Positions 16,431 through 24,129 of a stretch of 28,273 bases of DNA are shown piece after piece. The notes beneath the pieces were generated by a model. It was not told the DNA's origin. It did not search any database and saw nothing but the letters and a program-made list of their open reading frames with translations. Made by a program: the position numbers and the translations under genes. The DNA is from a virus (taxonomy: Duplodnaviria; Heunggongvirae; Uroviricota; Caudoviricetes): IMG/VR virus record IMGVR_UViG_3300050821_010409, positions 94,160 through 122,432 of that record; one strand, given 5' to 3'. Each line of letters begins with the position of its first letter. The first letter of the stretch is position 1.

Positions 16431-16486
16431 GGCTGGCTTCCTTCTCTTCCTTCTCGGGCGTGGTTCTTCTTCATGGGGGTTGCGGG

Positions 16487-17515
16487 TCATGGCGCCGTTG
16501 CCCCTGCCTGCAGGGCAGCTTCCGCGGCTCGCAGGGCAGCTTCCGCGGCTCGGGCCTTGCGCGTGGCGGCAGCCTTCTTGGCAGCTGCTGACCGGGCTTC
16601 CCGCCGGGCTGCCGGGTGCTCGTCATCGAATAGGGCAGAGTGCTGCAGGACGGACAGCCGGAGCGCCCAGCCTCCTGCGTAGGCTTCCGTGAGCTCTTCA
16701 GGCGCGACGAGGTAGCTGCCCCCGGGGTTCACGTACATCGGGTCGCAGCTGAACTCGATCTTGCGGTAGGTCCAGCCCGCCAGGTGGGCCATGACCCGGG
16801 GCGCGGCGTAGTCCTTCAGGCTGCCGTACCCGTTGAACACCACGAAGGCGTCTGGCGTCACGGTCTCGAATGTCGGGACTAGCTGCCTGCTCCCGGTCAT
16901 GCGCCGGCGTAGCGGCATCACCCAGGCACGGCCGGACACGGCCTGCTCATGCTTGTCCCGCCCCAGCGGGTTGCGCAGGCTGGGCGCAGCTGCCACGGCC
17001 ATTTCGGTGAAGGCCCGCAGCCCGAAGCCGCCATTGGTCTTCAGCGCGCACCGACTGTAGCTGTAGTTGCTCCACCAGCACGAGCCGGGGTTGCCGAAGT
17101 TCACGGAGGGCTGGTTCAGCTGCCGGGTGACCGCGATGGCGACGTCGACCGGCTTGCTGTGGTCGCGCGCGATGCTGCCGACGTGCGCCAGGACTTCCGG
17201 CGCGAGCTTGACCTGGCGGGTTTTGTACGCGTGGCTGCCCAGCCGCTTGGCGTAGTTTCCCTGGGGTGTCTGCCACTGGTTGCCCAGCGTGTCTTCCAGG
17301 GTGACGGCCATTACCTGGAGCTGGTAGCTCTCTTCTGAGCGGTACGGCATCACCCGGGCCAGCCCGACTAGGTATTCCCTGATCTTGCCCAGGCCGTCCC
17401 GGGTGATGAGGCCCTCAGGGAGGGTGATCGTGGTCAGGGCGTCGTTGGCCAGTGGCGGATGGCCGTCATGGCGGACCGCGAATTCCTTTTGCGGTGACCG
17501 GCAGCAGTAATTCAT
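16487..17515 (-). CDS. SCWW/GRAW domain protein lacking the CxxC N-terminus (paralog 2 of 3)
   Basis: same conserved domain as 14062..15348; Ala/Lys-rich tail containing a 21-bp tandem duplication at 16510-16551. Confidence 0.85.
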   Translation of the reverse strand: MNYCCRSPQKEFAVRHDGHPPLANDALTTITLPEGLITRDGLGKIREYLVGLARVMPYRSEESYQLQVMAVTLEDTLGNQWQTPQGNYAKRLGSHAYKTRQVKLAPEVLAHVGSIARDHSKPVDVAIAVTRQLNQPSVNFGNPGSCWWSNYSYSRCALKTNGGFGLRAFTEMAVAAAPSLRNPLGRDKHEQAVSGRAWVMPLRRRMTGSRQLVPTFETVTPDAFVVFNGYGSLKDYAAPRVMAHLAGWTYRKIEFSCDPMYVNPGGSYLVAPEELTEAYAGGWALRLSVLQHSALFDDEHPAARREARSAAAKKAAATRKARAAEAALRAAEAALQAGATAP

Positions 17516-17555
17516 GACTGCTGGCTTCCTTTCTTGGTTGCGCTTGCATCGCCTG

Positions 17556-17630
17556 CTGACGGCAGGCAGCGAAACGGCCCGCTTCCCCCCGTGGTGCAGG
17601 AAAAGCGGGCCGCTCGGGCTGCCTGGTCAG
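17556..17630 (-). repeat. family B hairpin
   Basis: CTGAC..CAGGCAGC-GA-AACGGCCCGCTT...AAGCGGGCCGCT-CGG-GCTGCCTG-GTCAG; includes upstream stop. Confidence 0.8.
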
Positions 17631-17815
17631 GTGGCTGGCAGGGCCTGCCCGGTTCTTGCGGCATCGATCTTGGCCTTCATGGCGGCCTGCCAGTCAGTTA
17701 GGGGCCTGGTCCCGATGCCAGCGAGCTGCGCGTGCACCCACAGGTGGTGGGCGTGCGCGGTCCCGCATGCGGTGCAAGTACCGTCAGGCGCCAGCCAGTG
17801 GATCCCGTTCTTCAT
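17627..17815 (-). CDS. small CxxC protein
   Basis: 62 aa, CTAC..H.HH; ATGA overlap with upstream gene. Confidence 0.65.
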   Translation of the reverse strand: MKNGIHWLAPDGTCTACGTAHAHHLWVHAQLAGIGTRPLTDWQAAMKAKIDAARTGQALPAT

Positions 17816-19077
17816 GCTGCTGCCCTGTCTCTTTTCTCAGCCTGCTCCTGGGCGAAGAGGCTCGCGTGCTGCCGCGTGCTCAGGATCAGGGACCTGCTGC
17901 CGCTGTACTGCGTGGCGAGGTCTTCAGGCGCGACGAGGTAGCCACTGTCGTTGTTCACGTACATGGAGCTGCAGCTGAACCCGATCTTGCGGTAGGTCCA
18001 GCCCGCCAGGTGCGCCATGACCCGGGGCGCCGCGTAGCCTTCCAGCTCGCCGTACCCGTTGAACACCGCGAAGGCGTCCGGTGCCAGGGTCTCGAATGTC
18101 GGCGCTAGCCTCCCGTTCCCGGCCCGGCGCAGTGGCATGACCCAGGCCCGGCCGGAGACCGATCCCCATTGGTCGAACGTCCGCAAGCCGAAGCCGCCGT
18201 TGGTCTTCAGCACGCACCGGCTTTCCCGGTAGTTGCTCCACCAGCAGGAATCCCTGTGGTAGAAATCCCCGGGCGGGCGGTTCAGGTCCCGGGTGACGTC
18301 GATCGTGACGGTCACGGGGTTGCTGTGGTCGCGTGCGATGCTGCCGACGTGCGACAAGTCAGCAGGCGCGAGCTTGTCGCCGAACTTCTTGTAGGCGAGG
18401 CTGCTCAGTCGCTTGGCGAAGTTTCCCGCCGGGGTCTGCCACTGGTTGCCCAGTGCCGGCAGGTCCCTGCTGAGGAGCCGGCGCCCGGCGTAGTCCAGGT
18501 AAGCGCGGATGTCTTCGAGCCCCTCGGCGGAGATGACGCCGCCGGGCAGCGCGACCGTGGTTCGCACGTTATTGGCCAGCGTCGCGTCGCCGTCATTGCG
18601 GATGCTGAACGCGCGCAGGGGGGAATAGCAGCAGGAACCGAGGTCGTCACCGTGCTCGTGGTGGTGGGTGTCGCCTGCGTCGTAGTAGCCGCCACAGTCA
18701 GCGCAGTGCTGGTAGTGGCGGCCCAGGCAGTCCAGGCAGACGTGGTTGCCGTCCAGCACCTGGGTGAACCCCGGGAGCCGGCTGGCGCACCGGGAGCACT
18801 CACGCCAGGCATTCCAGCAGGCCGGGCATGCCAGCCGGCCATTACCGTACGCGAGCAGTGAGTACCCCCATGCGGGAATGGTGCAGTTACTGCAGGACAC
18901 GAGGGTGTCCACCGCATCCGGGTCGCTGACCAGCGTCTTCAGGTACAGCTGGAATTCCGCGAGCGACCTTGCGTACGATACCCATGAGGTGCCCCAGAAG
19001 GGGGCCCACAGTGCGGGCAGGTCCAGTTCGCTGGCCGGTACCCGGGTGACGGCTGCCTCTTCACCTTCTTCTGCCAT
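17812..19077 (-). CDS. multi-CxxC protein with SCWW/GRAW domain (paralog 3 of 3)
   Basis: start moved to ATG 19077 after AGAAAGGAAG; six CxxC pairs then conserved domain. Confidence 0.85.
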   Translation of the reverse strand: MAEEGEEAAVTRVPASELDLPALWAPFWGTSWVSYARSLAEFQLYLKTLVSDPDAVDTLVSCSNCTIPAWGYSLLAYGNGRLACPACWNAWRECSRCASRLPGFTQVLDGNHVCLDCLGRHYQHCADCGGYYDAGDTHHHEHGDDLGSCCYSPLRAFSIRNDGDATLANNVRTTVALPGGVISAEGLEDIRAYLDYAGRRLLSRDLPALGNQWQTPAGNFAKRLSSLAYKKFGDKLAPADLSHVGSIARDHSNPVTVTIDVTRDLNRPPGDFYHRDSCWWSNYRESRCVLKTNGGFGLRTFDQWGSVSGRAWVMPLRRAGNGRLAPTFETLAPDAFAVFNGYGELEGYAAPRVMAHLAGWTYRKIGFSCSSMYVNNDSGYLVAPEDLATQYSGSRSLILSTRQHASLFAQEQAEKRDRAAA

Positions 19078-19117
19078 GACAGGCGCTTCCTTTCTTGGTT
19101 GCCGTGCGGGTGCGTCC

Positions 19118-19185
19118 CTGACCGGGACAAGGAAAGCGCCCGTTTCCCCTTGCCGGGAAAGCGGGCGCTTAGCTTCTGGGGTCAG
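19118..19185 (-). repeat. family B hairpin
   Basis: CTGACC...AAGCGCCCGTTTCCC...GGGAAAGCGGGCGCTT...GGTCAG; includes upstream stop. Confidence 0.85.
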
Positions 19186-19580
19186 AAAGCAGCGCTGATT
19201 TTCTTCCAGATGGCGGGGAATGGCGTAGCCTGGTCGTTCAGCGTGGCGAGCGTGGTGTATTCCGGACGGCTGCTGCTCATCCAGATCCGGGGGTTGGGGG
19301 AAGGCAGCTGCGCCCATTCCACGATGGCCTGGGGCAGTACCTCGCTGTCGGCATCGGTGGCGTCCGTGACGCTGACATACTGGTAGATGTTGCTGCCCGG
19401 GATGAGCTCACGCCGCACGATTCCTGCCAGCACTCCCCGTTCGCACAGGCCGCCGAGGCAGCAAAATGTGTCATTGCTGCCATCGGTGGCAGCGCCTGCA
19501 TGGCGCAGCGCGCCGCCTCCTTGCCGGTTGGCGTTGGCGAGCAGCCATTCGCCCCACTCGGCCTTGATTTCCGGGTTCAT
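19182..19580 (-). CDS. CCLG-motif phage-type hypothetical protein (tandem paralog 1 of 3)
   Basis: MNPEIKAEWGEWLLANA...TFCCLGGLCE. Confidence 0.85.
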   Translation of the reverse strand: MNPEIKAEWGEWLLANANRQGGGALRHAGAATDGSNDTFCCLGGLCERGVLAGIVRRELIPGSNIYQYVSVTDATDADSEVLPQAIVEWAQLPSPNPRIWMSSSRPEYTTLATLNDQATPFPAIWKKISAAF

Positions 19581-19609
19581 TTCCGGTTTTCCTTTCTTGT
19601 TTGCCGTGC

Positions 19610-19633
19610 CAGGCAGCCGGGGCTGCGAGTCAG
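19610..19633 (-). repeat. shrunken family B derivative (outer stem only)
   Basis: CAGGCAGC-CGGG-GCTGC..GTCAG resembles the flanks of copy 17556-17630 without the inner stem; includes upstream stop. Confidence 0.55.
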
Positions 19634-20007
19634 AACGTGCTGTTGATCGCGTCCCAGATGACCGGGAAGGGGGTCTCGTTGTCGTTCATCCCGGCGAGCG
19701 TGCCCACTCTGACACAGGGGTCGTCGTTGGGCAGTTCCGCCCATTCCACGATGGCCCGAGGCAGCGTGGCCATGCTGAAGTCGGTGGCGTCCGTGACGCT
19801 GGTGTACCTGTAGCGGTTGTGGCCGGGGATCAGCTCACGGCGCACAATTCCTGCCAGCATTCCCAGTTCGCACAGGCCGCCGAGGCAGCAGAATGTGTCC
19901 TCGCTGCCATCCGGGGCAGCGCCGGCGCGGCGCAGCATTCTCTTTCCTTGCCTGTGGGCGTTGGCGAGCAGCCATTCACCCCAGTCAGCCTTGATTTCCG
20001 GGTTCAT
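19630..20007 (-). CDS. CCLG-motif hypothetical protein (tandem paralog 2 of 3)
   Basis: start ATG 20007 after AGAAAGGAAAAC; TFCCLGGLCE. Confidence 0.85.
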   Translation of the reverse strand: MNPEIKADWGEWLLANAHRQGKRMLRRAGAAPDGSEDTFCCLGGLCELGMLAGIVRRELIPGHNRYRYTSVTDATDFSMATLPRAIVEWAELPNDDPCVRVGTLAGMNDNETPFPVIWDAINSTF

Positions 20008-20055
20008 TTCCTGTTTTCCTTTCTTGCGCATTGCTTTGACGGCTAGGGCAGCGCG

Positions 20056-20436
20056 TCAGAAAGCGGCGTTGATCCTGTCCCAGATGACCGGGAAGGGGAT
20101 CGTGTTATCGTTCATCACGGTGAGCGTGTAACCCGAGGATGTCAGGGGGTTGACGGAGGGCAGCTCAGCCCATTCCACGATTGCCCGGGGCAGCCTGACC
20201 GTGCTGACGTCGGTGGCGTCCGTGACGCTGGTGTACTGGTAGAGGCGGCTGCCCGGGATGAGCTCACGCCGCACGATGCCGGCAGCCGCGCCTAGCTCGC
20301 ACAGGCCGCCGAGGCAGCAGAAGGTGTCATCGCTGCCGTCTGGGGCTGCGCCTGCACGATGCAGTGCGCCGCCCCCTTGCTTGCCGGCGTTGGCGAGCAG
20401 CCATTCGCCCCACCCGGCCTTGATGTCCTGGTTCAT
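20056..20436 (-). CDS. CCLG-motif hypothetical protein (tandem paralog 3 of 3)
   Basis: start ATG 20436 after AAGGAAGGAAAAAG; TFCCLGGLCE. Confidence 0.85.
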   Translation of the reverse strand: MNQDIKAGWGEWLLANAGKQGGGALHRAGAAPDGSDDTFCCLGGLCELGAAAGIVRRELIPGSRLYQYTSVTDATDVSTVRLPRAIVEWAELPSVNPLTSSGYTLTVMNDNTIPFPVIWDRINAAF

Positions 20437-20470
20437 TGTGCTTTTTCCTTCCTTGCGCGTTGCCCTGCTG

Positions 20471-20523
20471 GACAGCAAAGCGCTCCGTTCCCGGCAGGCG
20501 GGAGCGGAGCGCTAGGGCTGCTC
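20471..20523 (-). repeat. family B hairpin
   Basis: CAGC-AA-AGCGCTCCGTTCCC...GGGAGCGGAGCGCT-AGG-GCTG. Confidence 0.85.
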
Positions 20524-20538
20524 ATCAGGAGGCTAGCG

Positions 20539-21066
20539 TTAACGAGCTTCGTTGACGTACTCTTGCGCAGCCAGGGCGATGTCTTCTGGCGCGATGATCT
20601 TCCGGGCGAGTGCGGCGGACGGCACGTGAACGGAGATGGTCACCCATTCCTCGCCGGCGGGCAGGCTGTCCTCCTTATTCACGGCTGAGATGGCGGCCCA
20701 TTCCTCGCTAGCTGGCTGCGTGCCCTCTTCCGCGGCGGGGTCGGTGATGAACAGGCTGTCGCTCATCAGGGCCAGGATTGCCGATACCGTCATGTTCGTC
20801 TCTCCGGTGGCGGGGCGCAGCTCGCCGGCCCACGTGCTGCTTGCGCTGGCATGCAGCGCGACCTTTCGCGTGCCGGTGACCGTGATGGTGGCGTAGCAGT
20901 CCCGGATGTCCGCGTTCCGCGTGCCGGTGACGGATACCAGGTTCCCGTAGGTCACCAGCGGGCCGCGCAGCCACGCTACGGGCGCGTTGCGCTGCGCGGC
21001 GTGCAGGATGTCTGCCAGCAGGGTTGCCTGCGTGATCATGAGCGGCGGGTAGTTGTCGTAGCTCAT
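20539..21066 (-). CDS. hypothetical protein
   Basis: 175 aa; internal duplication PASEEWAAIS/PAGEEWVTIS; ATGA overlap. Confidence 0.75.
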   Translation of the reverse strand: MSYDNYPPLMITQATLLADILHAAQRNAPVAWLRGPLVTYGNLVSVTGTRNADIRDCYATITVTGTRKVALHASASSTWAGELRPATGETNMTVSAILALMSDSLFITDPAAEEGTQPASEEWAAISAVNKEDSLPAGEEWVTISVHVPSAALARKIIAPEDIALAAQEYVNEAR

Positions 21067-21326
21067 GTCAGCGTCACCTTCCCGGTCCGGCCGCTGATGG
21101 CGACGGTGGCGTACCAGGTCCGGGTGGCATACGGGTCAGGCCCGCATACGCTGAGCGTGCTCGTGCCGATGGTGGCCGGCGTGATGACCTCGCTGCCGCG
21201 CGGGCCGAGCGCGCTGGTGACGTCGAAGGTGACGGCCTCAGGCTCGTGCTCCAGCGCTCGCTTCAGGGCTGCCTTGGTCCTCGGGCGCGCGCCGTTGACG
21301 CGTGCCCCGGTATTGATCCAGCTCAT
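21063..21326 (-). CDS. phage-type hypothetical protein
   Basis: 87 aa, TKAALK...GPDPY..R.WYATV; RBS AGAAAGGG. Confidence 0.8.
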   Translation of the reverse strand: MSWINTGARVNGARPRTKAALKRALEHEPEAVTFDVTSALGPRGSEVITPATIGTSTLSVCGPDPYATRTWYATVAISGRTGKVTLT

Positions 21327-21360
21327 GCTGAGCCCTTTCTTTCCCTCTCGTTTTCCGTGG

Positions 21361-21681
21361 TTAGCGGATGTCGCTGGCGTAGTGATAGTGGTTTGCTGCC
21401 TTGTACATCGCTTCGCCGGCTACAGCGGCCGTTGCGTCAGCAGTCAGCCGCACCCGGTCCAGGTCCTGCTCCAGGGCCAGCCTCGCGAGCTCCTCCACGA
21501 CAGCCTGGCGTGCGAGTTCTTCTCGCAGCTGCGTGACTGTGGCCTCTAGCGCTGCGATGCGCTGCTGCTCGCGCTTGAGGACGGTAGCAAATTGCTCTTG
21601 CTGGCTGGCTATCGCTGCCGCGCCGTGGCGCAGCCGGGAGGTGATTCCTTCCAGCTCAGACACGCGCTCGTCCAGGGTCAT
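21361..21681 (-). CDS. coiled-coil protein
   Basis: 106 aa with heptad-like L/E/R/Q pattern; RBS AGAAAGGAGAG. Confidence 0.75.
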   Translation of the reverse strand: MTLDERVSELEGITSRLRHGAAAIASQQEQFATVLKREQQRIAALEATVTQLREELARQAVVEELARLALEQDLDRVRLTADATAAVAGEAMYKAANHYHYASDIR

Positions 21682-21708
21682 GACGCTCTCCTTTCTTTTC
21701 CCGTTATC

Positions 21709-21769
21709 CAGGCTGGGTGCCTGCGGCCGTGCACGGGGAGTTGCCCCCGTGCACGACCGCCAGTATCCG
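21709..21769 (-). repeat. family A repeat, copy 8
   Basis: CAGGCTGGGTGCCTGCGGCCGTGCACGGGG...CCCCGTGCACGACCGCCAGTATCC. Confidence 0.9.
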
Positions 21770-21775
21770 GGCTGG

Positions 21776-22102
21776 TTAAATGGCCGATGGTGCGCTGGCG
21801 ATCAGCTCCCGGAAATTCCGGAGCGTGGCCGCGTTGCCGAACGTGTCGCCGAAGGGAAGCCTTTCCTTGTCTTGCTCCGTGAAGCCGAGCAAGGCTTCCG
21901 CTTCCGTTCCGGCTTCCCAGCACAACAGCATGCTGCCGTCTGGCCGGGTGAACGTGGGGTGGTACTCTGCGTGATCGCAGCTGTAGCCGGAGAGCACGAG
22001 CGTGATGGCGGCCAGGCAGCGCGTCCAGTCGTTGGCGTTGTACTCCTCGGGGTGCGCTTCGGCATAGTCCGCGACCCTGGTAGCCAAGTCGGTGTTTCGC
22101 AT
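21776..22102 (-). CDS. hypothetical protein (distant paralog of 24130..24585)
   Basis: LA......E..N...W...C.......PDG......A..LL pattern; RBS AAAAGGAAG. Confidence 0.75.
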   Translation of the reverse strand: MRNTDLATRVADYAEAHPEEYNANDWTRCLAAITLVLSGYSCDHAEYHPTFTRPDGSMLLCWEAGTEAEALLGFTEQDKERLPFGDTFGNAATLRNFRELIASAPSAI

Positions 22103-22136
22103 GGGTGACTTCCTTTTCCTGGTGGTTTCAGTATTC

Positions 22137-22256
22137 TCAGGACAGCCCGGGGGCGCCGGCGACCAGCCAGAAGAACAGGCCGAGGATGAGCAGCCCGGTG
22201 ATCTTCACCAGCGCCTCGGGCCATCCTGTCCGGTGGGTGCTGTCGTTGTCGTGCAT
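22137..22256 (-). CDS. small membrane peptide (39 aa, not in ORF track)
   Basis: MHDNDSTHRTGWPEALVKITGLLILGLFFWLVAGAPGLS; RBS AGAAAGGA. Confidence 0.65.
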   Translation of the reverse strand: MHDNDSTHRTGWPEALVKITGLLILGLFFWLVAGAPGLS

Positions 22257-22276
22257 GGCGTTTCCTTTCTCCTGTG

Positions 22277-22334
22277 CAGGCTGGGTGCCTGCGGCCGTGC
22301 ACGGGAATTGCCCGTGCGCGACCGCCAGTACCCT
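22277..22334 (-). repeat. family A repeat, copy 9
   Basis: CAGGCTGGGTGCCTGCGGCCGTGCACGGG...CCCGTGCGCGACCGCCAGTACCC. Confidence 0.9.
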
Positions 22335-22336
22335 GG

Positions 22337-22384
22337 CTATTCGTCTTCTTCCTCCTCGCCCTCTTCAGGACCGTATTCCGTCAT
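22337..22384 (-). CDS. possible acidic micropeptide (15 aa)
   Basis: MTEYGPEEGEEEEDE preceded by GGAGAGGAGG. Confidence 0.35.
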   Translation of the reverse strand: MTEYGPEEGEEEEDE

Positions 22385-22434
22385 GGTCGCCACCTCCTCT
22401 CCGTGCGCTGGCTCCAGCAGGCAGGCTGTCACGG

Positions 22435-22794
22435 CTAGCAGGTGCCGCCGCTGGTGTACGTGGTCCGGTTGCTGACGGTGCCCCGGGCGCTGACGCTGTG
22501 GGTGACCTTGACCTCGTTCCAGCAGCCCGCGTCGTCGTCCTTGTAGCTGTGGAACGTGCTGCTGGCCCCGGTGTAGCTGTGCGTCCAGCCGTGCTCCCAC
22601 TCGTCGTAGGTGCCAGTCCCGCAGCTGACCTTGGTCGTCCAGCGGTCGCTGACGGTCCCGCGGCTGGTGACGCTGTGGCTGTGGGCAGTGCTGGACGTGC
22701 ACGCGGCGGCTTGCGCGGTGCTGGCGCTGGCGGCCGTGGCCAGCCCGCCGAGCATGGCAGTGGTGATGATGGCCGTGGTGAGCTTGCGGATCAT
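22435..22794 (-). CDS. secreted protein
   Basis: MIRK + hydrophobic core + A-x-A sites; Thr/Ser/His-rich beta-type mature part with four Cys. Confidence 0.75.
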   Translation of the reverse strand: MIRKLTTAIITTAMLGGLATAASASTAQAAACTSSTAHSHSVTSRGTVSDRWTTKVSCGTGTYDEWEHGWTHSYTGASSTFHSYKDDDAGCWNEVKVTHSVSARGTVSNRTTYTSGGTC

Positions 22795-22827
22795 GGTGAT
22801 GACCTTTCTCGGTTTCGTGCGTGGCCG

Positions 22828-22853
22828 TGACCGGGCAGGTGCCCGGGGGTCAG
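22828..22853 (-). repeat. shrunken family B derivative (outer stem only)
   Basis: TGACCGGGCA-GGT-GCCCGG-GGGTCAG resembles flanks of copies 23149 and 24614; includes upstream stop. Confidence 0.55.
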
Positions 22854-23116
22854 GAGCCGCCTGGCGGTGCCGTCAGCGCGGTGATGAAGGCAGGGATGAA
22901 GAATGACAGGGTGATCTCGACGGACGGGTTGCCGTCTGCGTAGTCAGCAATGGCCAGCAGGAGCATGACGGACAGCCCTTCGGGAGCTATCTGCTCTCCT
23001 GCGTGTGCTGCAATCTTCGGGTACAGGCAGCAGACGGCGCGTTGCTCCTCGAAGACGCTGCGCAGCCGTGCGACCATCTCCTCTTCAGCGGGCAGCGTGA
23101 TCCGGTTGCCGGGCAT
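22850..23116 (-). CDS. hypothetical protein
   Basis: 88 aa, RBS AAAGGGAAAGAAG downstream of B copy. Confidence 0.7.
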   Translation of the reverse strand: MPGNRITLPAEEEMVARLRSVFEEQRAVCCLYPKIAAHAGEQIAPEGLSVMLLLAIADYADGNPSVEITLSFFIPAFITALTAPPGGS

Positions 23117-23148
23117 GATCGTTTCTTCTTTCCCTTTGGGTGCTTGCC

Positions 23149-23214
23149 CTGACCGGGCAGTGAAGCGCTCCGTTCCCGTGGACGGGGAGCGGAGCGCTCG
23201 GACTGGCTGGTCAG
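23149..23214 (-). repeat. family B hairpin
   Basis: CTGACC.GGCAGT-GA-AGCGCTCCG...CGGAGCGCT-CGG-ACTG.CTGGTCAG. Confidence 0.9.
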
Positions 23215-23228
23215 GCGAGGGCGTGCGG

Positions 23229-23579
23229 TCAGGGCTTCACTGACGGGATGCTTGTGCGAGTGCTGCCCCTGTAGTGCCAGGCTGAGCCCATGCCCAGGCA
23301 GGACGTGCATGTCCTCGCGTTGGCGAGCGGCCCTTGGATGATGCCGTGGGCCTTGGCCGTGTTCGATCGCGTCCTGTAGAACGACCTGTGCTCCAGGGGG
23401 ATGGGAGACCCGTCGATCATGACGGCACCGCAGCCCTCGCAGGGCCCGCATTTCTTCCACAGGGGCTTTTCTTCGCTTGCCCAGAGCGTGTGCCTCACGT
23501 AGGCGCGGATGAGCAGGCAGCTCGCTAGCCCGCTTGTTCCCAGGAAGGCGATGCCTGCCAGGATAAGGTGCGTTTCCAC
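23229..23579 (-). CDS. membrane-anchored CxxC zinc-finger-like protein
   Basis: N-terminal hydrophobic helix; CEGCG and CTSCLG motifs; GTG start after AGAAGAAAAG. Confidence 0.65.
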   Translation of the reverse strand: METHLILAGIAFLGTSGLASCLLIRAYVRHTLWASEEKPLWKKCGPCEGCGAVMIDGSPIPLEHRSFYRTRSNTAKAHGIIQGPLANARTCTSCLGMGSAWHYRGSTRTSIPSVKP

Positions 23580-23591
23580 CTTTTCTTCTCC

Positions 23592-23825
23592 TCAGTGCAC
23601 ATCCGGCGTGCTGCGCAGCCATGCTGCTGTCGCTTCTGCCGCAATCAGCTCGCCGCTGTCGTTCACGAAGTCTTCCAGGATGGCGAGCGTCACCTCGTGG
23701 ACGGTCAGCTCGTCGTGGTACGTGTTCACGATCAGGGGCCAGTACGCCCGGTTCACGTCTGCTTCCCGGCCGCCCCTCCAGCGGTCGAATTCCTCCCGCG
23801 TGCTGGGAGGCTTGTGATGGTCCAT
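23592..23825 (-). CDS. hypothetical protein
   Basis: 77 aa, RBS AGAAAGGAGAG. Confidence 0.75.
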   Translation of the reverse strand: MDHHKPPSTREEFDRWRGGREADVNRAYWPLIVNTYHDELTVHEVTLAILEDFVNDSGELIAAEATAAWLRSTPDVH

Positions 23826-23866
23826 GCCGCTCTCCTTTCTTCTTGTGCGTGCGTTGCGGTTTCCGG

Positions 23867-24019
23867 TCAGCCCTGGCGGGATTCCAGGATGTCCAGCACG
23901 TGGCTGGCTTCTGTGTCCGTCAGCATGGTGTACAGCTTGCTGAATTCCTGCTTCGCGACGGCGTCTATCTCCTCAAGCTCCTGCACGAAAATGGTCGTGC
24001 CAGCGCGCGGGTCAATCAT
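23867..24019 (-). CDS. hypothetical protein (50 aa, not in ORF track)
   Basis: MIDPRAGTTIFVQELEEID...ILESRQG; RBS AGAAAAGGGG. Confidence 0.7.
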   Translation of the reverse strand: MIDPRAGTTIFVQELEEIDAVAKQEFSKLYTMLTDTEASHVLDILESRQG

Positions 24020-24054
24020 GGCGTTGTGCCCCTTTTCTTAGCCCATCTGGTTTC

Positions 24055-24122
24055 GCCCGTGATCAGGCAATGAAGCGCTCCGCTTTCCTGCTCAGGGAGA
24101 GCGGAGCGCTCGGATTGCCGGG
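24055..24122 (-). repeat. family B hairpin, identical to 25046-25113
   Basis: 68-nt exact match by eye; GGCAAT-GA-AGCGCTCCGCT...AGCGGAGCGCT-CGG-ATTGCC. Confidence 0.95.
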
Positions 24123-24129
24123 CCCGGGA

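Noticed and set aside
14062-19077. Diversity-generating retroelement (template/variable repeat) among the similar paralogs
   Set aside because: No reverse transcriptase in the window and the differences are not adenine-specific.
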